64,000 nucleotides of DNA from Azolla caroliniana (lineage: Eukaryota; Plantae; Polypodiophyta), in assembly GCA_043228905.1 (NCBI GenBank), contig JBHGNT010000008.1, forward strand, positions 8,184,001-8,248,000, read 5' to 3'. Shown here one piece after another: positions 54,096 to 64,000 of the stretch (its first letter is position 1; every line of letters starts with the position of its first letter). The notes beneath the pieces were generated by a model. The model was not told the origin of the DNA. It did not search any database and worked only from the letters and a program-made list of their open reading frames with translations. A program made the position numbers and the translations under genes.

Positions 54096-56138
54096 TCACC
54101 CCCTCCAAACCCGCACATCCTCCGGTATGTGCCGAAGTTGTTGGTGTTTGTTAGTCTCCTCCGTCCGGTCTCTACCCGATTGGTTTCGTTGCCGGCTCGT
54201 AGTACCCTCGACTTCTCTTGTTATGTTGACTTTGTCTCTCCATTTGGAGCACATCCATTCTTTCCACCCGAACCATTGTCGACATCCGATCCACCATAGT
54301 CTTCGTTCGCTTTTTGCATGGCCCGCTTGGTCCTTGTCATCCGCGGTAGTATCTTTTCTTGCCCTCTTTCTTTTCTTCATCAATCTCGACTTCTTTTCGG
54401 ATTTTCGGTTTAGTCGGATTAGCTTACTTCCGATTCGGTCTCGTCGGATCGTCTTTCGTTTAGTTCGGCTTCCTTTCCGATTTGTATTCGGTCGATCCGG
54501 ACTCGGTTGATCGGTTTTTACCGATTCAGTGCTCTTTCGGGTCGGTTTCTTTTCTTTTCTTTTCGTCTGGATTTGCTTTCTTTTCTTCGTTTTCACCTGC
54601 CTTGTCCGGTTCGACTTTCGGCACTTCTTTCCGTTGTTCGCCACGTAGGTCCTCCGATATGTGCTCGTTGTTCGGTCCTCGTGTGGTTGTAATGCATGCT
54701 TCTTTTCTCGCCGTAGCGCGTGCTTCTTTATTCGCCATAACACGCGTTTCTTTATTCGCCGTAGAGCGTGCTCTGTATTACGCGCTTCTCCCGTCGTAGA
54801 CCCGACCACCGCATTGTCGCACTTTCTTTTAGATTGGAATTTCGGATGGATCATTTTCCATCCGAACCGACTTCCGACTTTACCTTCCTCGCCGCCATCT
54901 CCCGTCTCTCCGGTCTCACGTTGGTTCTCGGACACAACCGCCGAAGTCTCTAGATATTGTTGGCATGAATCCTCGGTATTACCTTCTTTCGTAGTTTCAC
55001 CCTTAGCATTCTTCTCGGCTATCTCTTCATCGTATTCGTCGGCTTCGACATTCGTTTTCTCTCCGCCACCTTCCGTCTCTTCAGTCTCACGTTGCCTTTC
55101 GATCGCAACCGCCGGAGTCTCTGGAATCAGTGGTGGGGAAGTCTCGATATGGCAATCCGCCATTGATTCGTCCATAGCCACCTCCGATTCGATTTCGTCT
55201 TTTGTGGCTACCTCCTTAATCACATCCGCTTCACACTCTTTATCTGCATCAATTATGCAAACATCTATTATGCTTACCCCTTTTTGACCCGATGTCTCGG
55301 GCACTTGTATCCCGAAATTTCCTTCTACACTTGAATTATCGGCCTTATCCTTCGCCATCGTTCTTTCACAAGACGAGTGGGTGTCTTGTTCCACTCTTTC
55401 TCCCGTGGTACCATCATGTTGTATTTCGGCCTTCATATTGGCTTCATCGTTTTTCCCCAATCGACCATCCTTCATGGGCCATGTCGTTGTTGACGAGATT
55501 CTCAGCTTCCTTTCATCACGTCTTCGGCATACCCTTTCGACTTTGGCCCAATCCTCGGTAAGACCGTTCGCACCGTCATCATCTTCGAGTTCGATCCCAA
55601 TGTCCATCCTTTCTTTCCGATCGATCGATCTTACGAACATTAAGACTTTATCTTCTCCCACCAATCTTCGTTCCCGCTCCGAGAGTCGAGCAAAACGATG
55701 CTCGAACTCTAGGAACGCTTGCGTTGCACTTCGGTGAGTCTTCTCCGACGCCACCCATTCGTCGAATTCTCGTCGATCTCGTCCCGTCCATCTCTCATAG
55801 TCATATGCCTCCCGTAAAGCTTCTTCAAAGGACTCCCATGTCGAGTTTTGTTGTTGTATCTTGTGGATTCTCTCTTGTAGTTCGTCCGAGGCCACCCGAC
55901 TAAAGGATATCACTTGCAATCCTTCCGGTATCCGATATTGCATCATCTCCGCCTTATATTCACGTAGGTAGCGTGACACACCCTTACCGTTGAATTCCCC
56001 GTTTCGTCGCAGAAGCCGCTCTACTGCCGCCTTCATCTCCGACATCGCACGTTGTTCTTGTTGCATCCGCTCAAACATTATCATCATCATGTTCATCGCC
56101 TCTTGTTGATTCTCCATCTCTTTGCCACCCGTCTTCAC
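54096..56138 (-). CDS. Gag-like protein, 680 aa, with an acidic then highly basic tail
   Basis: N-terminus aligns with the gag at 22135-22692 (FNGKGVSRYL vs FSGKDATKYL; GLTEDW vs GLTTD); uninterrupted ORF. Confidence 0.8.
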   Translation of the reverse strand: MKTGGKEMENQQEAMNMMMIMFERMQQEQRAMSEMKAAVERLLRRNGEFNGKGVSRYLREYKAEMMQYRIPEGLQVISFSRVASDELQERIHKIQQQNSTWESFEEALREAYDYERWTGRDRREFDEWVASEKTHRSATQAFLEFEHRFARLSERERRLVGEDKVLMFVRSIDRKERMDIGIELEDDDGANGLTEDWAKVERVCRRRDERKLRISSTTTWPMKDGRLGKNDEANMKAEIQHDGTTGERVEQDTHSSCERTMAKDKADNSSVEGNFGIQVPETSGQKGVSIIDVCIIDADKECEADVIKEVATKDEIESEVAMDESMADCHIETSPPLIPETPAVAIERQRETEETEGGGEKTNVEADEYDEEIAEKNAKGETTKEGNTEDSCQQYLETSAVVSENQRETGETGDGGEEGKVGSRFGWKMIHPKFQSKRKCDNAVVGSTTGEARNTEHALRRIKKRVLWRIKKHALRREKKHALQPHEDRTTSTYRRTYVANNGKKCRKSNRTRQVKTKKRKQIQTKRKEKKPTRKSTESVKTDQPSPDRPNTNRKGSRTKRKTIRRDRIGSKLIRLNRKSEKKSRLMKKRKRARKDTTADDKDQAGHAKSERRLWWIGCRQWFGWKEWMCSKWRDKVNITREVEGTTSRQRNQSGRDRTEETNKHQQLRHIPEDVRVWRG

Positions 56139-56999
56139 GTCGGGTTCACCAACTGTGTCGTGCCTTTCGGCTCCAGATCGTTTGCGTGAGTCGGGTGGGA
56201 ACTGCTGGGGTTTTGGACTAGGAAGAGGAGAGTTTTAAGGCTAATAAGAATATAAATATGTTGTAAGAAAGAGTTATAGCAAACTCGTGAATCCCACGAG
56301 TGTATTGTATTAGATTAATCAATATGAATATAAGAATATAAACTTCGGTTGAAAGAGAATGATATAGAATCCTCGTGAATCCCACGAGTATAGTTTATTA
56401 ATTGGTGTTTTTTAGAAACATATCCAGTTTCCAAGTATTTCACACACAATCACATTGTGCTCCCCATCCTTATGTAGTGATGAGGAAGTCTTAGTAATCC
56501 ATGCTTTTTCTCTAACTATAGACCCCATGCTTTTACTATAGATAGACTATATGCTTTATCTAAAGTGATCATGCTTTTTTCTAACTTGTGCGTTTTTTAT
56601 CATGCACGCTAGATGTGTATGTGTAGCTTTTTCTTTTGTTATGCGTTTTTCTAATGTTTATCCTAGCGTGAATTTACCTTTCTATGTGGGACATCTATGC
56701 TTTAACACTAATGAAATGCTAGTGTAATGGTAAGACATTATATTATTAACATGGAGGTGCAAGGTTCGAATCTTGCCCTATGCATGTTCCATTTATTTTG
56801 CTATTTTCTTCTATTTCTTCATTTTTTATTGAATCTAATACTATATACGTTTTTCACGTAGTGTACAAAATACACTACGACACCGGCTCTCCGTAGCCGG
56901 GTACTCCTCATACGGTTTCGGCCTCAGCCTAGCTTGTTCATCAACATTATTCTTCTCCCTTCCCATCCGGAGGGACCTGTCTCCCAACAAACTCCCCCT

Positions 57000-59900
57000 T
57001 CACTCTAGCATGGGGTGTCTTACCAGTCCGATCCTCTTCCGGCATGCATCCAGCTTGTTGGGTGTCAGCACTTTGGTCAGCATATCTGACCCGTTTTCGG
57101 TCGTGTGGATCTTCGTCAGTGCGAACTCCTGATCATCTACTCTTTCCCGGATCCAGTGATACCTCCGCTGGATATGCTTCGTCCGGGAATGGTAGGCCGC
57201 ATTCTTAGCAAGGTGGATGGCACTTTGACTATCGCAATAAAGCCGGTATTCCTCTTGCCGGATACCGAGCTCTCCGATGAAGTCCTTCATCCATAATATT
57301 TCTTTGCCGGCTTCCACAGCCGCCATGTACTCCGCCTCTGTGGTTGACAACGCAACCGTCTTTTGCAACCTCGACTGCCACGAAACAGCTCCCCCTGCAT
57401 ATGTCATTACATACCCGGATGTAGACCGGCTGGTATCCACATCAGCCGACATGTCCGAATCAGTGAAACCGTCAAGTTGAGGTTTTCCGGAGCCAAATCG
57501 GAGACACATATTTGAAGTGCCCTTCAAATACCGGAGTATCCATTTGACAGCGTTCTAGTGCTCCTTGCTGGGATTGTTCATGAACCGGCTCACCACTCCG
57601 ACTGCGTATCCTATATCCGATCGGGTACACACCATTGCGTACATCAAGCTCCCGACGGCAGAGGCATATGGAATCTTCATCATATCCGCCTTCTCTGCTT
57701 TCGTCTTCGGGCTTTGCTTACCGGATAGCTTGCAGTTTGCCGAAAGTGTCGATCCGACCGGTTTCGCTTCTGACATGTTGAACCGGTGAAGCACCTTTGT
57801 CATGTACTTCTCCTGTGACAGCCATAATTGCTTCTTTGACTGGTCCCGAATGATGTGCATCCCCAACATCTGTCTTGCCGGAGCCAAGTCTTTCATTGAG
57901 AAGGTCCGGTTGAGAGCCTTCTTCAGCATCTGTATTTTGACTTGGTCACGTTCGACGATCAACATGTCATCCACGTATAGAAGGAGTATCAGGAAGTCGC
58001 CTCCTTCGAACTTCTTCACAAATACACAATGATCGGCTTGTGTCTTGTGGTACCCTTGATCGGTCATGAAGGAGTCGAACTTCCGGTACCATTGTCGGGG
58101 TGCCTGCTTTAGTCCGTACAAGCTCTTCTTCAGCCGGCATACCAGGTGCTCCTTCCCTTTCTCCACGAATCCTTCCGGTTGTTGCATGTAGATCTCTTCT
58201 TCAAGGTCACTGTGAAGGAATGTCGTCTTCACGTCTAGTTGCTCTACCTCAAGGTCCATGCTTGCCGCTATACTCAGCACCGTCCGGATGGAGGTCATCT
58301 TTACTACCGGGGCAAATATCTCGTCGAAGTCCACGCCCTTCTTCTGCTGGAACCCCTTCACCACGATCCTGGCTTTGTATCTCGGGGGGTTGCCGGCATC
58401 TCCCGGTTTCAACTTGTACACCCACTTGTTTCGGAGTGCCCGCTTTCCTTTCGGCAACTCCACCAATTCGTACGTATGGTTCTCATGCAGGGAATCCATC
58501 TCATCCTGCATGGCACTTAACCATTTTCGGCTGTGGGTGTCTTCCTTCGCTTCTTCGAAGCTTTCCGGCTCCCCCTCATCTATCAGCAGAACATGCTCTG
58601 CATCCGGAAATCTCCGGGGGCCCCTTCTCTCTCTGAGAGGATATCTCTGTCTCTGGGCTTCGGTGACCGGCTCATCCATCTCCTCTTCATCCGAATCCGA
58701 TTCGGGGTCTTGGCCGGTTCCGGTTTCGGCTTCCTCTACTTCTTCTTTGGCCGGTTCGGTATCCTCACCGTATCCGGCTGGTTCTTCGAGTGCTAACCGG
58801 TCTCTCGCCGGTTGGGTCTGCTCATCGTAGAGTCGGTCCTTACCGGTCGACTCGGAGTTCATTATCTTCTTCTCCGACTCCCAGTCAGCGAGTGTCTTGT
58901 CCTCCATGAAGATAATATCTCGACTTCGGAATACCTTCTTGTCGACCGGGTCCCACACTCGGTAGCCGAACTCATCATCATCGTAACCGAGGAATATGCA
59001 TGGCCGGGTCTTTGGATCTAACTTTCCTCTCTGGTCCTTAGCTACATGCACGTACGCGAGACACCCGAACACCTTCAGATGCTGGTAGGACACTTCCTTA
59101 CCGGTCCAAACTCTTTGTGGCGTGTCTCCGTCCAAGGGTACTAAGGGTGATCTGTTTATCACGTATGCCGCTGTCGACAGTGCCTCAGCCCAAAACTTCT
59201 TGGGTAGTTTAGCATGCGCTAGCATACTCAGGACCCTCTCCATTATGGTCCGGTTCATCCTCTCGGCCAGTCCGTTTAGTTCCGGCGTCTTCGGCACGGT
59301 AAATTCGAGCCGGATTCCCTTCGAGCGGCAGTACTCCTCGAACTGCCCCCGGTATTCTCCTCCGTTATCTGCTCGAACCGCCTTTAGCTTCCGGCCGGTT
59401 TCTCTTTCCACTCTCGCGTGGAGCTCTTTGAAGACGGATAGCACCTGATCCTTCGTCTTCAACGGTGTGGCCCACAGCTTCCGGCTGTGGTCATCTATGA
59501 ACGTCACGAAGTACTGCACTCCGGCATGTGACTTCGTGTCTACTTGACACACATTCATATGCACCAACTCCAGTGGTGCATTACGTCTCATTGGTGGCCT
59601 TGGTCGGAAGGAGGTCCGGTTCTGCTTACCAGCCAGACAATCAGTGCACTTCTCTAAGTGCACGTTCTTCACTGGAATGAGGTTGTCGTCTGCAAGCCTC
59701 TTCATCCCCTTCTCGCTCATATGACACAGTCTCTTGTACCACAGCTCACCGGCAGTGTCGGATGCCACGTTCACTTCTTCCGGACATAACCGGGCATTCA
59801 TCAGGTACAATGTGTTGACCTTCCGGGCCTGAGCCACAATCAGGCTCCCTTTGCTGAACTTCATGACACCGTTCCGGATGCTACCCGTGTAGCCTTCATC

Positions 59901-61031
59901 ATCTAGCCGACTGGCTGATATCAGGTTCAGACGAACCTCCGGAACGTGTCGAACATCCTTCAGCAGCAACTTGCATCCGGTTGGTGTTGACAGCCACACG
60001 TCTCCTATGCCGACAATTCGGCATGTACCTTCATTCCCCATCCGGACACAGCCGTGGTCACCGGCTAAGTAGGATGAGAAGCATTTCCGGTCCGGGGTAA
60101 GGTGGAACGATGCTCCGGAGTCTACCACCCAGGTCATCTCGTCGCTGGCAAGGTTTATCTCACTCTCCTCGGTGATGAGCATCAACTCTTCTTCACTTGC
60201 CGCGATTGCCGTCGTTCCCTTCCGGTCTTTATCGTTCCGGTCCGGGGTCCGCTTCGAATCGGTACCGTCGGTTTCCTTGTCTTTACGAAAATGCCGACAG
60301 TTCTTTTGGAAGTGACCCGGCGTGCCGCAGTAGAAGCAAGTGGGCCTCCCCCTTGACTTTGACCGTGTCCCCGACTTCTCCCAGTTCTGGGGACTACGGT
60401 TTCTATGTCTTCCGCGTTCCGATTCGGTAATGAGTGCTTTGGAGTCGGAGCTCGTATCTTTATCTTTCCGACGCACCTCCTCATCTAGCAAGCTCAACTT
60501 TACTCTTGCTAGGGATAATCGTTTTCCTTCCGGCCCGACGTTGCCCAAAGTGACAACCAACATCTCCCAGCTATCCGGGAGGGAACCGAGCAGGAGCAAC
60601 GCTAATACCTCATCGGCAAGAGGTACTTCCAATGAAGTTGCCTGGTGGATCAGCCCCTGGAAGGCATTCATGTGCTCCGCCATGCTGGAGCCATCTTGGT
60701 ACCGGAGTCTTACTAGCTTCTGGAATACCGACACCTGATTGACAACATTTTTGTTCTGAAACATTATGCCGATCTTCTCCCAGAGCTCATGAGCCTTGCT
60801 CTCTTCATTGAAATTGTTGTACAGGTTCATGTCGATGAAGCACCGTATGTACGCCGTTGTCTTCATGTGCATCACCTCCCATATCGCGGCGTCGATTTTG
60901 TCTGGTCTCTTGTCCCCGAATTGAACCGGTAGCCAGAGGTCTTTAACCACGAGCATGTCCCTCATCTTCGACTTCCACACTGAATAGTTGGAGCCGGTGA
61001 GCTTGAACATGCCGCCAAACGATTCGTCCAT
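57000..61031 (-). CDS. Copia gag-pol polyprotein (Tnt1-like); single premature TAG at 57555-57557
   Basis: 1158-aa ORF plus in-frame 175-aa RNase H ORF; CCHC, DSGAS, integrase, YVDD. Confidence 0.92.
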
Positions 61032-61529
61032 TTTTCTGTGTTGTTTCGCTCTGATACCACTTGACGGGAACTACATGCTCCTTATGTCCAACGCTCGGCC
61101 ACAACCGAGATTCTTTTCATACACAGAAAAAATAGGAAACGGAAAACACGCGACACAAAGAAGAGAAAAGGTACACAGGAGGTTTACGTGGAAAACCCCA
61201 AACTAGGGGAAAAACCACGGCAGCCCACAGGCTGCAAACTGTCACTATGTAAGAATATACAACAGTGAGTTCACTGAGGCACCGACCTCGTGCTCACAGA
61301 TCTTCGCCACAGGCGGCAGTTACAACAGAGGCAACAACCTCTTTCTCTCTCTCTCTCTCTCTCTCTCTGTACAGTTACGCGCACTGATCTCGTGCAAAAG
61401 CAGAAAATGACAACAACTGTTCTTACTAAAAGTTTGCCCTAAGTCATATTTATACTAATATGACTTTTCGGCTATTTACAAATATAGCCTCGATGGACTC
61501 TCAGAAACATATTTACGAATATGTCTCTT

Positions 61530-61745
61530 CATCCGGTTCTTACCGGGTCTGCACCATCCGGCTCTCCGTAGCCGGGTACTCCTCATCCGGTCCATACCGG
61601 GTCTGTACCATCCGGCTCTCCGTAGCCGGGTACTCCTCATCCAGTCCATAACGGGTCTGTACCATCCGGCTCTCCGTAGCCGGGTACTCCTCATCCGGTC
61701 CATACCGGGTCTGTACCATCCAGCTCTCCGTAGCCGGGTACTCCT
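61530..61745. repeat. 54-bp CCGG-rich tandem repeat x4 in copia LTR U3
   Basis: Units start at 61530, 61584, 61638 and 61692. Confidence 0.93.
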
Positions 61746-61898
61746 CATACGGTTTCGGCCTCGGCCTAGCTTGTTCATCAGCACTGTTCTTCTCCCTTCC
61801 CATCCGGAGGGACCTGTCTCCCAACAGTTGGAGTGTCTCTTCACTCTCAAGGTGAGTTCACACACTAGACCAAGTTGAGCTCGATTCTCAACACATCC

Positions 61899-62522
61899 CA
61901 TCTACTGAACCACTTTTTCATATCTTGCATCAAACCAGAATACAAAAATTTGCTTTTATGCATCTTTTGGATCTTTTTGCTTGCTTCCCATGCGATTCTA
62001 GGAAGTCGATGGGAGGGACTTTTTTGAACCTTAAGCATGTATTCAACAATGCTTTCCATGGCCAATATCTCAATGGGAAGTGATCCCATCTCAAGCAAGA
62101 GGAGGGTGTATGGCGTTTGTTTCTTAACTTGTAGAAACTTTGTAAGAAAATGTTTTTGGACATTTTCAAACTCTTTCCAAGTAGATTTAGGTTACCACCC
62201 ATACTTCCACCCCATAGAGAAGCACTAGTGTCACCAAAATGTTGAAAAGGTATTTCTTGAGGACCCAACACTTAATATCTCCACGATTTCATGTGTTATA
62301 AATGCATAATAATATGCTCGCTTTCCCGCCTCGAAGCAGCGTGTAGCACATTCATTCCATCTATGATTTGAAGGAACTTCAAGGCCAAGATATTTGAAGC
62401 TTTCTACACTTTCAAGTGGCTCATTATTGTACATAATGCATGGCTTATCTCTTTTTTGGCTCTTCACAAGCATAATCTTTGTTTTAGAGCTATTAACACT
62501 TAATTTCGTATGCATGCAAATT
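61899..62522 (-). mobile_element. LINE ORF2 fragment (RT C-terminal part)
   Basis: LSVNSSKTKIM...LESVESFKYLG. Confidence 0.85.
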
Positions 62523-62713
62523 TGTTGAGCGGGTAAGGTCAACTAGATCCGGATCGGCTGAATAAGCCAGAGCCGAATCGGTATCCGAAACGGAGAACTG
62601 GATAGGTGTCCAGACATATCGGTATCTGGAACCTAGAACCGAATCGGAGAACCAGATCGTACTCCGGAATAGTGAGAACCGGTAGGTTGTTGGAGCCTAC
62701 GGTTCGAGCCTAG
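62523..62713 (+). mobile_element. 5' part of a 28012-family LTR
   Basis: TGTTGAGCGG...CCGGATCGGCTGAATAAGC matches the reverse complement of 28383-28424. Confidence 0.8.
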
Positions 62714-64000
62714 TGTAAGGAATCGACCCGCCACAACCGGTTTCATGTTCGTATTCGTGTGCAGAAACCAAGAACTAGTACATAGACAATTAAAACATGA
62801 AGACACAGAGACACCAATATTTTACGTGGAAAACCCGAAATGGGAAAAACCACGGGGGTCAACAAACCCTGAGAATACAGATCACTATAGTAGAGAGGAA
62901 ATACAAACCCCGAAATGGGAAAAACCACGGGGGACACAACCTTCCGCAACCTCGACTGCCACGAAACAACTCCCCTTGCATAAGTCATTACGTACTTGGA
63001 CGTGGATCGACTGGTATCCACATCAGCCGACATGTCTGAGTCAGTATAACTTTCCAGTGTGGGGTTACCCAAACCGAAATGAAGACACACGTTAGAGGTG
63101 CCTTTTAGGTACCGAAGTATCCACTTCACGGTAGCCCAATGCTCTCTTCTGGGGTTGCTCATATATCGGCTAACTACGCCGACTACGTATCCTATGTCCA
63201 ACTTGGTATATACCATCACGTACATTAGGCTTCCGACTACCGAGGCATAAGGAACCTTTGACATCTTGGCCTTCTAGGTTTTCGATTTCAGACATTGTTC
63301 TTTGCTTAACTTGTAGTTCGTCAGCAGTGTCAAGCGACCGGTTTCCCATTGTTATCCGTATAGGTGTACAAGATGAATAGGGTGTAATGTGTATGGTGTG
63401 GTGTGGTGTGTAATATATAATATGTATACGAGTGTGTGAGGATGAGTATGTGTGAGCACATGCACAATTATGTGCATGTGACAAGAGTGTAACGGTTGTC
63501 TCTTTTGTAACAGTCATTATTTACCGTTACATTATGTATTATATAAACCCCTTATGGGTATGTAATGGATATACACTTTCCCCCCCCCCCCTCTCACATT
63601 TGTGTCATTTTCTATTTGTATTTATCTCTCGCTCTCTCACTATCGAAACCCCCTTGGGAGGGGGTGAAGCCAACCCCCCCACCCAACAACACTTTTGGCA
63701 TGCTCAATGGGACAACCTCCTTTGAGAGGAAGTCACTCCCTCACTCTCATCTCTGTCACTAATTTCTCTCCTCACTCTCTCTACCTAAACCCTAGACACC
63801 CCAAAGTTCATCTCTATGTACATCTCTCTCATTCTATGTATTCGTGCAGAAATGTCGTCTTGACATCCAATTGCTCGACTTCGAGATCCATGCTGGCCGC
63901 AATGCTCAGCACGGTTCGGATTGACGTCATCTTTACGATTGGGGCAGATATTTCGTCGAAATCAATACCCTTCTTCTACTAAAATCCTTTCACGACGATT
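62714..64000 (-). mobile_element. Copia element X, 3' half (partial 3' LTR 62714-~62933, RT/RH fragments), with an LTR-like insert at 63350-63842
   Basis: LTR homologous to 32430-32609; VPYASVVGSLMY, WILRYLKGT, EQLDVKTTFLH. Confidence 0.85.

Larger units (their letters stand above)
53368..56882 (-). mobile_element. Non-autonomous gag-only (TR-GAG-like) gypsy element; 727-bp LTRs 53368-54094 and 56156-56882; TSD CCGG; tRNA-Trp PBS
   Basis: LTRs differ at ~6 sites; PBS 56134-56151; PPT GGAGGGGGTGAG; no pol. Confidence 0.93.
52820..61826 (-). mobile_element. Near-intact Ty1/copia element: 5' LTR 61062-61826, PBS-Met, gag-pol, PPT, 3' LTR 52820-53367 + 56887-56989
   Basis: Highly similar LTRs, TGGTATCAGAGC PBS, long polyprotein ORF. 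Confidence 0.95.
52489..61893. mobile_element. Solo LTR (52489-52819 + 61827-61893), TSD CATCC, split by a copia element
   Basis: TG start, CA end, CATCC at 52484-52488 and 61894-61898. Confidence 0.75.

Noticed and set aside
61530-61745. Regular repeats as a CRISPR-like array or repeat protein
   Set aside because: Head-to-tail 54-bp units without unique spacers, inside an LTR; the ORFs are a by-product of a unit length divisible by 3

Overview
Eukaryotic (land-plant) heterochromatin-like window; the element mix suggests a non-seed plant such as a fern or lycophyte (inference). Most of it is nested, largely decayed LTR retrotransposons: Ty1/copia with tRNA-Met primer sites, chromoviral and non-chromoviral Ty3/gypsy, and solo LTRs, plus LINE remnants. 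One host gene is present: a minus-strand ankyrin-repeat acyl-CoA-binding protein (ACBP1/2-like, 9 predicted exons, 43621-51648). Main observations: (1) a group of tRNA-Trp-primed gypsy elements with 4-bp (C/A)CGG target duplications that insert into copia elements. It includes a near-complete copy with a predicted -1 frameshift and a young gag-only non-autonomous copy whose LTRs carry an antisense tRNA-like Pol III A/B-box cassette. (2) An inverted target-site-duplication pair 30 kb apart, implying an inversion that contains the ACBP gene. (3) A ~395-bp LTR-derived inverted repeat. (4) An LTR-less copia fragment flanked by a 24-bp direct repeat.
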